From an uncultured Thermoplasmatales archaeon (GTDB lineage: Archaea > Thermoplasmatota > E2 > DHVEG-1): a DNA stretch of 64,000 nt. Under the pieces are notes generated by a model. The model saw only the letters and a list, made by a program, of their open reading frames with translations, did no database searches and had not been told where the DNA came from. The DNA lies in contig CAZVKY010000002.1 of the NCBI GenBank assembly GCA_964627915.1, forward strand, positions 1,727 to 65,726, in the 5' to 3' direction. Position 1 is the first letter of the stretch; every line of letters begins with the position of its first letter. Both the position numbers and the translations under genes were made by a program. Shown one piece after another: positions 54,784 through 64,000 of this stretch.

Positions 54784-54992
54784 GGCATGGTATTCTTCCT
54801 CCCTATAAAAATGTTTTATGGTTTTTCAGGAGGAAAAACACGTTTAAACAAAAAATAAAATATGCTGTATGAATCCATTGGTGTTCATATTATGAGTTAT
54901 GGTTAAAGGTTTTTCCGTGATAAAATATCATTTTTGATAATAATCATTAGGGATTTTTATCACATTATTTTTTTCTTGAATAATTATTTTGG

Positions 54993-55559
54993 ATGATAGA
55001 AAGATTAAAAACATTGCTTCTTCATACATCTATTTATCTGATAGATATGAATACGACAGTAGATAATTCATATAAAATGACGAAACAAACTCAATCTCCG
55101 GGAATTCTTTTGCCGAAATTGTTTTTAATTTTAACGATTATATTTCTTATGTGGATTGTCATTGTTGCAAGTGGGTCAATGATTCTTGGTTTAGGGTCAT
55201 CATGGGCAGGTCTGTCCTTAGGGATGTGGGCACTGTTGGTTTCTGCTCTCCTTGGTATTTTTATTGTCTTGGATATTGTGTTTCTTATCAATCCAAATCT
55301 AGGTATGGTATCTTCTGATGAATTTGGTCGACCCCAAGAGATGAAAGTTCCTGAATATCGGGATGGAAAAAGAATTTATCAGTTCACGTTTCCAAATCAG
55401 GCGAGGGGCGGTTTATTTAGTAAAACCTATCTTCAGGTAGATGACAGTTTTTTAATTAGGATTCGAAATCAGATGTTTTCTGCTGATGAATTGTGGTCTG
55501 ATCAGAGTGAATCTGAAGATAGTAACGAAGAAAATGATGAAACCGACACTGAGAATTAA
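54993..55559 (+). CDS. membrane protein with acidic C-terminal tail
   Basis: Three hydrophobic helices (LFLILTIIFLMWIVIVASGSMILGLG, AGLSLGMWALLVSALLGIFIVLDIVFLI). C-terminus SDQSESEDSNEENDETDTEN. No family recognised. True start may be an internal Met. Confidence 0.5.
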   Translation: MIERLKTLLLHTSIYLIDMNTTVDNSYKMTKQTQSPGILLPKLFLILTIIFLMWIVIVASGSMILGLGSSWAGLSLGMWALLVSALLGIFIVLDIVFLINPNLGMVSSDEFGRPQEMKVPEYRDGKRIYQFTFPNQARGGLFSKTYLQVDDSFLIRIRNQMFSADELWSDQSESEDSNEENDETDTEN

Positions 55560-55565
55560 TATTTC

Positions 55566-56663
55566 TTATTTTGTAATCATTCCCATTTGGGTGAGCTTAT
55601 CAGGTAGATAGGTATCTGTTACATAGTCAAGGCCATATTTTGCAAGAGCCTGTTGTTCTGATTTTTTTCCAAGTTTTAATTGTAACTTGATTTCATGTTT
55701 CCAAAATGAGTCCTGAAACCGAGGATCGGTAAGCTCACTTTTCAATGATTTAATGTCTTCTTTTGTTAGACTATCGGTTGGAAGATCATAATTTTCAATA
55801 TCTGATGGGGTCACACCAAGATAAGATGCGGAGGGAGTAGCAAGGTATTCAGAGATATGAGCAGTTTTTATAGCGCCATACGCAACACTAGCAAAAATCC
55901 GGAAACTCCATGGATCACAATCAGTAAACACCACGACTGGTATGTTTTGTTCACTGTTCAACCGTTGAATGAATCGTCTGGTTGATCGAGCTGGTTGTCC
56001 TTTAAGATGAACTAATAATGCTTGATATTCTTCATCAAAATGATTTTCAACTAATCGATCAAACATACCACCAGTTTCTATCGCTAAGATAAAATCAACA
56101 TCTGCTTTTTTAAATTTGATTTTCTCTGGTTCTACATTGTATGGAATAGAGTATCCTGAATCTCCTACATCATCCTGACAATGAATCTTTTTAGTAGTGT
56201 TATTCCGGGTTTTTTCCTCAAGGGTGAAATTACCGATAACACGTGCACCATCTTCTTCAGGGCGGAGTTTAAAATCCTCTCTCATCAGTGTAGTAATCAC
56301 TTCTAAATCTTCTGCAAGATTATTTGATTCATTTTGGGAATGAAATTTTGCTAGATCCCAGCCTTCGGAAATATAATACATTTCTCTTAATGTTGATGAT
56401 TTTTTAATACGAATCATTTCCTTGATAAAATCAACCATATACATGGTTCGTAGCAGCATATAAGCTCCATCAAGTGATTTCGCGGATCGTTGGATTTGAT
56501 TTTTACCATATTTCCAAACATTCAATGTTTCATCAAAATAAATGTTTGATTTTGATCGAGTTGGTAGTTGTAATGAGGGAATGTCCGTGTTGCTCAAATC
56601 AGTATGAATTTTTTCTGCGATGCTATCGATTTTTTTAATGATCGGTTTGTAATCTTTTTTCAT
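55566..56663 (-). CDS. top6A: DNA topoisomerase VI subunit A (Spo11-like)
   Basis: Winged-helix catalytic-Tyr region then a Toprim domain ([30 protein letters not shown]). ATG 56663 (MKKDYKPI) lies 2 nt after the top6B stop, with GGAGGGG 7 nt upstream. Track start 56684 (MGRRGIIM) would overlap top6B. Confidence 0.9.
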   Translation of the reverse strand: MKKDYKPIIKKIDSIAEKIHTDLSNTDIPSLQLPTRSKSNIYFDETLNVWKYGKNQIQRSAKSLDGAYMLLRTMYMVDFIKEMIRIKKSSTLREMYYISEGWDLAKFHSQNESNNLAEDLEVITTLMREDFKLRPEEDGARVIGNFTLEEKTRNNTTKKIHCQDDVGDSGYSIPYNVEPEKIKFKKADVDFILAIETGGMFDRLVENHFDEEYQALLVHLKGQPARSTRRFIQRLNSEQNIPVVVFTDCDPWSFRIFASVAYGAIKTAHISEYLATPSASYLGVTPSDIENYDLPTDSLTKEDIKSLKSELTDPRFQDSFWKHEIKLQLKLGKKSEQQALAKYGLDYVTDTYLPDKLTQMGMITK

Positions 56664-56665
56664 GA

Positions 56666-58624
56666 TTATTCCCCTCCTTCCCATTTATCAGCACCGATGA
56701 CATAGGATGGATTGATTTGTTCGATGTAAAGATCATTTTCATCAAAATCTCCTTTTTCTAGCCCAGCGAGTTCAAAATTGATGTCGACTTTTCCAGCTGG
56801 AGGAATGTCTTTAAGTTTCCATTTAAGATATCGATCTGAGGTTTTCACTGGTGCAGGTGTGACTTCACCAACGACTGCATCCTCAGGGATAATTGCATAA
56901 AGGGTAAAGTGTTGTGGTTTCTGTTTGTAATTTGCAATGAGGATTTTGCTTTTAGTGATTAATCCTTCACGTCGCTGTTGAGATGATGGGTTTTGCATCA
57001 GCGTGGTTTGAACCGGGACATCAACCGTTTTCTTTGATGGTTTTACTTTTTCGTATTCGATGATATCTTCTATCCAGACCACATCCATGATCTTGGTAAT
57101 AACCGCATCTAATGATGGCACTGGTTTTTTTATCATGGTTGATGATTTCTCCGCTATTTCTGGCAGGATCTTAGTGATCAGCATGAATTTATCCCGGGTT
57201 TTCTTTCGTTTCACTTTTTTCCGGATATGTCGTTGCACGTTCCGAGCACATGATCGAAGAGCAAGTTTTATTTCAGTTTCAATTTCAGGAACATCTGCAA
57301 TTGCTTCTTTGCTCTCTGAGGTAAAAGGTATCTGTGTTGATGAAACATGAATAAGAAAAATAGCAGGTCCTGAGGGGATTCCTTTCCCGGATTTTTGATC
57401 AAAACCATATCGTCGCCAGTCAATAGATGCGATTGCTTTTGTTGCGATACAGCCTCCTTGTTGATATAAAAGAGGCACTCGATTGGCAAATCGCATGATA
57501 CGAGCTGGATTATCCTTCGGAAGATCTCCTCCATACACGAGTCCAACTTCCACTTGAAAGGGATTGCCAGCATATGCAGAGGCTGGACGTGAAGCAGTGA
57601 TGATGAATTCAGGTGATATCTGCTGGGTTTCATTTTTCAAACTTCTTCTAATAAGCGTTTGCCCAATGGGTGAAAGACAATCAGTTGGTGGTGACATTAT
57701 TTTTACTTTTTTGAATGCTTTATGTAATGCTAAAAACTGTGTCCTTGACATTTTTTTGGGAATTAAATCAGGATCAAGATCTGCTTTCTCACAGACAGAT
57801 TTAGTAGTTCTCATTCCCATACTCGTAAACTCTGTCCTGAGAAAAGAGGAGAGTTTTCTAGCTTTGGTTTGTTTTGCCATTTTAATGAGGGTGCCCAGTT
57901 CGATACCATACGGATGTGGTTTGATTTCTTCACTTTTTTTGGGAAGAACATCAGTAGTGCGTTCAAAAGTATGCGTAATCCCATCTGGTTCCGAGTATAT
58001 GATTCGAGCGTGAGGATTAACGATGGAAGTGTTTTTTAAATATTCATAAACATATCGTTTTCCCCGGATGTAATCTGCTTGAATGTGCACCTCTATTTTG
58101 GTTCCGGTGAGTTTTTCCCAATGAATTGTATCTCGACTGATGGTTTCAGCTCGGTTTTTATTGGTGTTGATTGCCAGTTCAATAACTGCTGCGGGCATGT
58201 CCTCTTGTACCTTTGAGGTGATCTTTGCATGTTTTCCCGTGGTCAGCTGTCCATATAATACTACTGCTGAGATACCAATGCCTTGTTGTCCTCTACTTTG
58301 TCGGATGGCATGGAATCGTGATCCGTAGAGTAATCGACCAAAAATGTGTTTGATTTGTTTTTTCACGACACCGGGTCCATTATCCTCAACGATGATGGTG
58401 CATTCTTCATCTTCTTCATGATTGGTAATGGTCACGGATATTTCTGGGGGGATGTTGACTTCTTCACAGGCATCTAATCCATTGTCTACGGCTTCTTTGA
58501 TACTGGTGACCAGTGCCCTGGTGGGATTACCGAATCCAAGGATGTGTTTGTTTCGTTCAAAGAACTCAGCAACAGAGATTTCCTTTTGTTTTTTTGCTAG
58601 ATCATGAGCGGTTAATTGTGCCAT
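56666..58624 (-). CDS. top6B: DNA topoisomerase VI subunit B (GHKL ATPase)
   Basis: [31 protein letters not shown], Bergerat-fold blocks ([29 protein letters not shown]), transducer domain. ATG 58624 is preceded by GGAGG. Track start 58672 adds 16 aa. Confidence 0.9.
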   Translation of the reverse strand: MAQLTAHDLAKKQKEISVAEFFERNKHILGFGNPTRALVTSIKEAVDNGLDACEEVNIPPEISVTITNHEEDEECTIIVEDNGPGVVKKQIKHIFGRLLYGSRFHAIRQSRGQQGIGISAVVLYGQLTTGKHAKITSKVQEDMPAAVIELAINTNKNRAETISRDTIHWEKLTGTKIEVHIQADYIRGKRYVYEYLKNTSIVNPHARIIYSEPDGITHTFERTTDVLPKKSEEIKPHPYGIELGTLIKMAKQTKARKLSSFLRTEFTSMGMRTTKSVCEKADLDPDLIPKKMSRTQFLALHKAFKKVKIMSPPTDCLSPIGQTLIRRSLKNETQQISPEFIITASRPASAYAGNPFQVEVGLVYGGDLPKDNPARIMRFANRVPLLYQQGGCIATKAIASIDWRRYGFDQKSGKGIPSGPAIFLIHVSSTQIPFTSESKEAIADVPEIETEIKLALRSCARNVQRHIRKKVKRKKTRDKFMLITKILPEIAEKSSTMIKKPVPSLDAVITKIMDVVWIEDIIEYEKVKPSKKTVDVPVQTTLMQNPSSQQRREGLITKSKILIANYKQKPQHFTLYAIIPEDAVVGEVTPAPVKTSDRYLKWKLKDIPPAGKVDINFELAGLEKGDFDENDLYIEQINPSYVIGADKWEGGE

Positions 58625-58822
58625 ATGATGGTTTTCCTCCAGGATAATCAGTAGGATGGATTTGCATCCCATCTTGTAATAATACAGATAATTATAAAGC
58701 TATTCCTTAGAGATCAAAGAAGGTATTGTTGTATGGTCAAATTGTTATTAACAATTATTGAAATAAAAGAAGAGTTAAATCATATAATATGTGATATAAA
58801 AAAAGAAGAATTTGATTTTTTA

Positions 58823-59929
58823 TTAAGCGATGCTGATATCATCACAAAGATAAACATTCTGAATGGCATGAAGAAGTTTGATACCTTCATTCATCGGGCG
58901 TTGAAATGCTTTTCTACCCGAGATTAAACCCGTTCCACCAGCTCGTTTGTTGATAACTGCGGTGCGAACTGCTTGTTGAAAATCATTGTGTCCTGAGGCA
59001 CCTCCAGAGTTAATGAGCCCAACTCGGCCCATGTAACAATTTGCGATCTGGTAACGGGTAAGATCAATAGGGTGATCACTAGCAAGTTCAGTATATGCTC
59101 GTTCATCGAACTTACCATATGATGATCCATTTTCATTAAGAACTGCATATCCACCATTGATGGTTGGTTGTTTTTGTTTGACAATATCTGCTTCAATGGT
59201 CACTCCCAGATGGTTTGCTTGACCAGTAAGATCAGCCGATGCATGATAATCACGGTCTTCAACCTTGTAAACGCTGTTTCGTAAGTAACACCAAAGCACT
59301 GTTGCCATCCCGAGTTCATGAGCTTTTTTAAATGCCTTGCTTACCTCTTGTATCTGACGATTTGATTCTTTTGATCCATAGTAAATCGTTGCTCCTACTG
59401 CGGCGGCACCAAGATCCCAGGCTTGTTTTACATCTGAAAACATGATTTGATCATATGTATTTGGATAGGTTAACAATTCATTATGATTAAGTTTCACAAT
59501 AAACGGTATTTTATGTGCATATTTTCGAGAAACACTTCCTAACACGCCAAGGGTGGAAGCAACACCATTGCAGCCACCATTTATTGCAAGTTTTATGATT
59601 TGTTCGGGGTCAAAATAGATTGGATTTGGGGTAAATGACGCAGCAGCTGAATGCTCAATACCTTGATCCACTGGCAGGATTGAAACATAACCTGTTCCTG
59701 CTAGTCTGCCATGGTTGAACAATGATGAAAGATTTCGAAGGACTTGTTCATTTCGATCGGAATCTTGATAGGAACGCTCGATGAAATCAGGACCTGGAAG
59801 ATAGAGATCTTTTTTTGGAATTCGATCACATTGATGATTCAATAAGTAATCTGCTTCTTCACCAAGATATTCCTTGATGGTGTGAATATCAGTGGAATGA
59901 TCTTTATTGATTTCTTTTAATTCTTGCAT
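58823..59929 (-). CDS. fbaB: class I fructose-bisphosphate aldolase (DhnA/FbaB type)
   Basis: Matches E. coli FbaB along the full length from memory ([89 protein letters not shown]). Confidence 0.9.
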   Translation of the reverse strand: MQELKEINKDHSTDIHTIKEYLGEEADYLLNHQCDRIPKKDLYLPGPDFIERSYQDSDRNEQVLRNLSSLFNHGRLAGTGYVSILPVDQGIEHSAAASFTPNPIYFDPEQIIKLAINGGCNGVASTLGVLGSVSRKYAHKIPFIVKLNHNELLTYPNTYDQIMFSDVKQAWDLGAAAVGATIYYGSKESNRQIQEVSKAFKKAHELGMATVLWCYLRNSVYKVEDRDYHASADLTGQANHLGVTIEADIVKQKQPTINGGYAVLNENGSSYGKFDERAYTELASDHPIDLTRYQIANCYMGRVGLINSGGASGHNDFQQAVRTAVINKRAGGTGLISGRKAFQRPMNEGIKLLHAIQNVYLCDDISIA

Positions 59930-59995
59930 AACTAATCATCTCTCCTCAAAAGGGATATGAAAATAGGCATTAAAAATGATTTCTATTGAAAAATA

Positions 59996-60979
59996 TTAGG
60001 CATATAAGGTGCCTTTTTTATGCCGTTTACCAAGAACATGGATCATATCCTTAGTCATTTTTGAAAGATCATAATCGGGTTTCCAGTTCCATTCCTTTCG
60101 TGCTGGGCTATCATCGATAGTGCTTGGCCAGGAATCAGCGATTTGTTGCCTGAAATCAGGTTCAAATTCACAGGTGAAATCTGGAATATGTTTTTGTATT
60201 TCACTAGCAAGTTCTTTTGCTGAAAAACTCATCGCAGTGACATTGAAATCACTATGATGGTTCAATGAAGCAAGATCAGCATCCATTAAATCAATGGTTG
60301 CCTTTATACAATCAGGCATATACATCATAGGAAGCATAGTGTCTTCTTTCACAAAACAAGTATATTTTTGATTCTCAATTGCTTCATAAAAGATTTCCAC
60401 TGCATAATCTGTTGTTCCACCGCCAGGTAAGGTTTCATTGCTTATGATACCAGGGTATCGCATCCCTCGAACATCTAAGTTAAATTTGTTGAAATAGTAA
60501 TCACCAAGTAGTTCACCAGATACTTTTGAAACACCATACATGGTAGTGGGTTTCAAAACGGTTTCCTGTGGTGTGTTTTCTTTTGGTGTTTCAGGTCCAA
60601 AAACAGCAATGGAGCTGGGAACAAAAACACGTGTCATATCATAATCTATGGCAAGGTCTAGGATGTTAAGCAATCCATTGATATTGACATGCCAGCAGAG
60701 TTGTGGGTTATTTTCTCCCACCGCAGATAGAATTGCAGCCATATTGTAAATGGTGTCGATGTCATATTTTTTTATCACTGATTCAACGGTTTTTTTATCG
60801 GTGATATCCAGGTATTCAAATGGTCCTGAATTTAGAATAGTTTCACTTGGTTTTGTTTTTCGGCCTGTAGCAATGACGTTGTCATTTCCAAATTTTTCAC
60901 GTAATGACATTGTTAATTCTGATCCGATTTGCCCTGCAGACCCAGTGACCAGGATATGTTTCATTGTTTTTTTTGACAT
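59996..60979 (-). CDS. NAD-dependent epimerase/dehydratase family protein (extended SDR, L-threonine 3-dehydrogenase-like)
   Basis: Rossmann motif ILVTGSAGQIGSEL, catalytic YGVSKVSGE (YxxxK), NMAAILSAVGENNP. Substrate not assignable from sequence. Confidence 0.8.
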   Translation of the reverse strand: MSKKTMKHILVTGSAGQIGSELTMSLREKFGNDNVIATGRKTKPSETILNSGPFEYLDITDKKTVESVIKKYDIDTIYNMAAILSAVGENNPQLCWHVNINGLLNILDLAIDYDMTRVFVPSSIAVFGPETPKENTPQETVLKPTTMYGVSKVSGELLGDYYFNKFNLDVRGMRYPGIISNETLPGGGTTDYAVEIFYEAIENQKYTCFVKEDTMLPMMYMPDCIKATIDLMDADLASLNHHSDFNVTAMSFSAKELASEIQKHIPDFTCEFEPDFRQQIADSWPSTIDDSPARKEWNWKPDYDLSKMTKDMIHVLGKRHKKGTLYA

Positions 60980-61082
60980 TGATCTATTTTCAACCCCGTT
61001 TCCTTGTTGAAAGGTGGTAATAAAACATGGTATACATATTTTGCTGTAAGAAAATGTAAATCATGGTCAAAAAGATGGGTGA

Positions 61083-62108
61083 TTATGGTGTTTTGAATCT
61101 GAGGTATTCGATGATTTGTGGTTTGTTCTCTATATGCTCGACTTTATTTCCATAGGTGATTTTCCCAGTGGTTTCAACATGATACCGCCAGTAATGAATA
61201 ATGAAAATTCGATCATAATGAACATCGATTGTGTTCATTTGAAGATGAGCACTCACTAAAGTATCATTGTTTTTATCTTTTTCTTGGAACGTTATCTCAA
61301 AAGTGTGAGGAATTTGATATTGATCTATTTTTTTATATGCTGATGGAGTAAACGAAATATTGCTGGGGTGAATAGTAGTGAATAATGATTTTTTGCTATT
61401 ATTATTTAATCGGTTGATCACGGCGATGAGATCTTGTTTTGTTGGTGAAGCAATAGTATTTGCCCAGGTGAGATGAAGTGTTTCTGCAGAGATTCGGCCC
61501 CAGAACCAACCAATGTTTTGAAGCACGGTTGTTGGGGAATACCCCCAGTTATGATCATGATAACCTGATCCATTCACGTTCATTTTTTTATCATTAAATA
61601 TCATGGTTCCTTGAACAGAAGCCAGTGGAAGCGGAACCGTCCAGCATGTTGATTCAGTTTCAATCTTCCAACCTGGTGTTTTACCAATAAACTTCAGATG
61701 TAAATGAACATCCTCAATTCCTAGATCAATAGTATAAATCCATGGTTTTCCCTGTTTTTTTGTATCAACTGAAAACGATAAGACTGTTTTTTCATCAACC
61801 TGAACGATTGGTTTTTCTCTACTGAAATCACTCTGAGAAAATATTGATCGCTTGATTTTTTCAATGATTAACTGCCCGTTATGATAGATGTTGATTCTTG
61901 TTTGCAGCAATCCTCTGTTTTTGATATGATAAATACGAAATCCAATATGAACACTATATCCATTTTCAAAAACAGCATCAAAATACCACCATTCAATATC
62001 AAGAAGATATTTTGTTCCATGATAGCTATCATCTTTAGGGCTGATTGATTGAGCTGGAAGATATCTCAACTGTTTTTTCGATGGTTTTAAATGTGAATTT
62101 GATTTCAT
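61083..62108 (-). CDS. CrtC-like (hydroxyneurosporene synthase / carotenoid 1,2-hydratase family) protein
   Basis: N-terminal EWWYFDAVFENGYSVHIGF (WWY.DA motif of CrtC/AttH-like proteins). GSGYHDHNWG block. 341 aa soluble protein. Family assignment by motif memory only. Confidence 0.55.
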   Translation of the reverse strand: MKSNSHLKPSKKQLRYLPAQSISPKDDSYHGTKYLLDIEWWYFDAVFENGYSVHIGFRIYHIKNRGLLQTRINIYHNGQLIIEKIKRSIFSQSDFSREKPIVQVDEKTVLSFSVDTKKQGKPWIYTIDLGIEDVHLHLKFIGKTPGWKIETESTCWTVPLPLASVQGTMIFNDKKMNVNGSGYHDHNWGYSPTTVLQNIGWFWGRISAETLHLTWANTIASPTKQDLIAVINRLNNNSKKSLFTTIHPSNISFTPSAYKKIDQYQIPHTFEITFQEKDKNNDTLVSAHLQMNTIDVHYDRIFIIHYWRYHVETTGKITYGNKVEHIENKPQIIEYLRFKTP

Positions 62109-62119
62109 GGGTATCTTAT

Positions 62120-63130
62120 ATGATTCGTGAGTATCTGAAATTGGCTCGTTCGTTTAATGCCGTGCTCACTGGTATTTCTCCAGTGATGGGCGCTATTGCA
62201 ATGGGACAATATGATATTGGTATGTTATTTATTTTATTTCTCATTGGTTTTTTTGGTCATTCTTTTGGTTTTGTTTTTAATGATATCATTGATTATAACA
62301 TTGATAAAACATCAAAGGAAATAAGCGATCGTCCATTAATCAGTGGAACCATTTCGTTGCGAAATGCCTGGATTTTTGCTTTTCTTTGTATGTTTCTAGC
62401 ATTTTTCATTGCGTTTCTTATTGCGTATCAATCCTCTATTTATTATCCATTGTTGATCTTAGCGGTTTCAGCAAGTTTTATCGCAATCTATGATTTAATC
62501 AGTAAAAAACTACCCTTCATGGATGTTCTTGTGGCTATTGGTATCTTCTTTTTCATTTTATATGGTGCTTCAACTCAAGTAAAGAGTCTTTCTGAATTAA
62601 CATTTCTCACTTGGATTGTTTGTATTTTAGGATCGATTCAGGTATTGTTCATGCAGATTGTAGCCGGAGGATTAAAGGATATTGAAAATGATTATCAGAC
62701 TGGTGCAAAAACAGCAGCGGTACGACTTGGTGCTCGGGTTGTTGATAAAAAACTTCATGTGCCTTTTGCTTTTCAACTATTGGCATTTAGTATTCAAATA
62801 GCCGATATAATTCTTGTTTTTTCTCCTTTTATACTAGTTAACGATTTTTCTTCCAATCTTTACATTCGGTTTTTTCAATGGATGTTTTTAATTATCATCA
62901 GTACTCTTATGCTTTTGTTGTCTTATCGATTGATGAATATGGATGTATTTAATCGGAAAAAAGCACGTACCTATATCGGCAGTCATTACATGATTAATTT
63001 TGCATTAGTTCCTATTATGTTAATGGCAGTAAATCCATGGGCGGGCATCCTTGTTTTTTTCCCTGCTCTTGGTTTTGTGTTATCTAATATCATTCTTCAT
63101 AAAACAGTGTTACAACCAAAGACCATGTAA
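62120..63130 (+). CDS. UbiA-family prenyltransferase (paralog 1)
   Basis: Asp-rich motifs NDIIDYNIDK (NDxxDxxxD) and LKDIENDYQTG (DxxxD). 8-9 TM helices. ATG 62120 (MIREYLKL) starts 12 nt from the divergent CrtC-like gene. Track start 62045 overlaps that gene and is not preferred. Confidence 0.8.
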   Translation: MIREYLKLARSFNAVLTGISPVMGAIAMGQYDIGMLFILFLIGFFGHSFGFVFNDIIDYNIDKTSKEISDRPLISGTISLRNAWIFAFLCMFLAFFIAFLIAYQSSIYYPLLILAVSASFIAIYDLISKKLPFMDVLVAIGIFFFILYGASTQVKSLSELTFLTWIVCILGSIQVLFMQIVAGGLKDIENDYQTGAKTAAVRLGARVVDKKLHVPFAFQLLAFSIQIADIILVFSPFILVNDFSSNLYIRFFQWMFLIIISTLMLLLSYRLMNMDVFNRKKARTYIGSHYMINFALVPIMLMAVNPWAGILVFFPALGFVLSNIILHKTVLQPKTM

Positions 63131-63171
63131 AAAAGAAAAACTCATATACCCTTGATTTTATCAATATCTTC

Positions 63172-64000
63172 ATGGGTACGATTGCTGATTATTTTGTTCT
63201 TCTCAGATTCCCTGGTCTAGGAGGTCTTGCTATCCCTCCCGTTATTGCAGCATTAACCGTTGGAACATTTGACTTATTTACTCTAATGTTGTTGTTTCTT
63301 CTTGGTGCATTTTCCTCTATTTTTGGTTTTGTGCTCAATGATTTCATTGATGTTGAAGTTGATAAAAAATCAGAGGATCTTAAAAAAAGACCTCTTGTTA
63401 GTGGTACAATTTCAAAGACGGCTGCCCTATGGATTTGTTTTACTTGTATTATGCTTACTATGCTTACTTTTTTCATTCTTTTTTATGGAAAAAATATAAC
63501 ATATTTGAGATTTATCTCAGTAATTTGTATACTGATTGCTTGGCTGCTTGGAAGCATTTATGATGTGTATGGAAAAAAGATTTTTGCTTCTGATATTCTT
63601 GTTGCTCTTTCTGTATCCTTTATTTTTCTCATTGGAGCGTTTGCCGTAAATAAACAACCAACAATATTTACCTGGATTATTTTTGTGTTAACCTTTAATA
63701 ATCTCTTTCATATGAATGCAGTGGAAGGCGGCATTAAAGACGCAGATCATGATGTATTGATGAATGTTAATAATATTGCTTTACAATCCGGTGTTCGTGT
63801 TGATGGTGATTTACTAAGAATCCCAGGAAAGTTTAAACTGTTAGGGATGATAGTTCGTCTTTCCTCGGTTTTTTTGTTGTTCATTCCTTTTCTTTTTTTC
63901 AATCAGCCATATCTTCTCTGGCAGCTTATTATTCTTGGGCTGGCATCAATTGGTGTTCTCTTTTTCAGTATAAAATTATTATCCTTAACTCGGTTTAATC
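63172..64000 (+). CDS. UbiA-family prenyltransferase (paralog 2; 3' end beyond window)
   Basis: MGTIADYFVLLRFPGLGGLAIPPVIAA..., motifs LNDFIDVEVDKK and IKDADHDVLMNV. Open through position 64000. Absent from the ORF track because no stop in the window. Confidence 0.75.
   Translation, partial: MGTIADYFVLLRFPGLGGLAIPPVIAALTVGTFDLFTLMLLFLLGAFSSIFGFVLNDFIDVEVDKKSEDLKKRPLVSGTISKTAALWICFTCIMLTMLTFFILFYGKNITYLRFISVICILIAWLLGSIYDVYGKKIFASDILVALSVSFIFLIGAFAVNKQPTIFTWIIFVLTFNNLFHMNAVEGGIKDADHDVLMNVNNIALQSGVRVDGDLLRIPGKFKLLGMIVRLSSVFLLFIPFLFFNQPYLLWQLIILGLASIGVLFFSIKLLSLTRFN

Noticed and set aside
57060-58607. Plus-strand and nested ORFs within top6B (57060..57350, 57268..57633, 57564..58013, 58140..58328, 58422..58607)
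   Set aside because: They are shadow ORFs of a 650-aa gene with unambiguous Top6B motifs.
5421-58672. N-terminal extensions produced by the track's most-upstream TTG/GTG starts (pcp 5421, aminotransferase 10484, lrp 12381, nac 13652, csl4 21219, ileS 25204, top6A 56684, top6B 58672, ubiA 62045)
   Set aside because: In each case an internal ATG has a GGAGG/GGTG-type RBS at 5-12 nt and matches the expected family N-terminus. The longer forms would overlap neighbouring genes.
58733-58927. 64-aa plus-strand ORF overlapping the 3' end of fbaB
   Set aside because: It overlaps a strongly supported gene in antisense and has no conservation signal. Lys/Ile-rich AT-driven frame.
63189-63499. ORFs 63189..63476 (-) and 63302..63499 (+)
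   Set aside because: Both lie inside the second UbiA prenyltransferase reading frame (63172 onward). That frame has both Asp-rich motifs, and these ORFs are composition artefacts.
1-64000. CRISPR arrays, transposases, integrases, prophage or integrative elements
   Set aside because: No regularly spaced direct repeats, and no transposase- or integrase-like translations in any frame. The tRNA-Val flank lacks a duplicated tRNA 3' end. The window looks like core chromosome.

Overview
AT-rich archaeal chromosomal segment. Archaeal identity follows from the archaellum genes, Top6A/B, KEOPS Kae1/Bud32, RpoL, Csl4, prefoldin, NAC and TruD; the gene set looks euryarchaeal (FlaC/D/E present). Most of the window is densely packed housekeeping genes with Shine-Dalgarno-like GGAGG/GGTG motifs. 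These include ftsY-pfdA, pcp, csl4-rpoL-truD, lemA-htpX, ileS, kae1-bud32-rdgB, glnA, top6B-top6A and fbaB. There is also a GDP-mannose/hexosamine precursor cluster with two tandem phosphohexomutases and a eukaryote-type GMPP-like nucleotidyltransferase, and two paralogous class-I aminotransferases. One tRNA-Val(UAC) is present. Three histidine-kinase / response-regulator genes occur, one as an overlapping RR-HK operon directly next to a complete archaellum locus. That locus has unusual features. Four tandem archaellin genes on the plus strand run convergent to a minus-strand flaC-flaD/E-flaF-flaG-flaH-flaI-flaI-flaJ operon that carries two full-length flaI paralogs in tandem. Two archaellin genes share a 206-bp perfectly identical 5' segment. 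A fifth, oppositely oriented archaellin-like gene carries a ~78-aa N-terminal domain in front of the class III signal peptide. An archaellin-domain protein and an unknown 159-aa protein lie between. The window ends with a CrtC-like (carotenoid 1,2-hydratase family) gene flanked by two UbiA-family prenyltransferase genes, a candidate isoprenoid-modification module. No CRISPR array, transposase or integrase was seen. All calls come from reading the translations; no database searches were possible.
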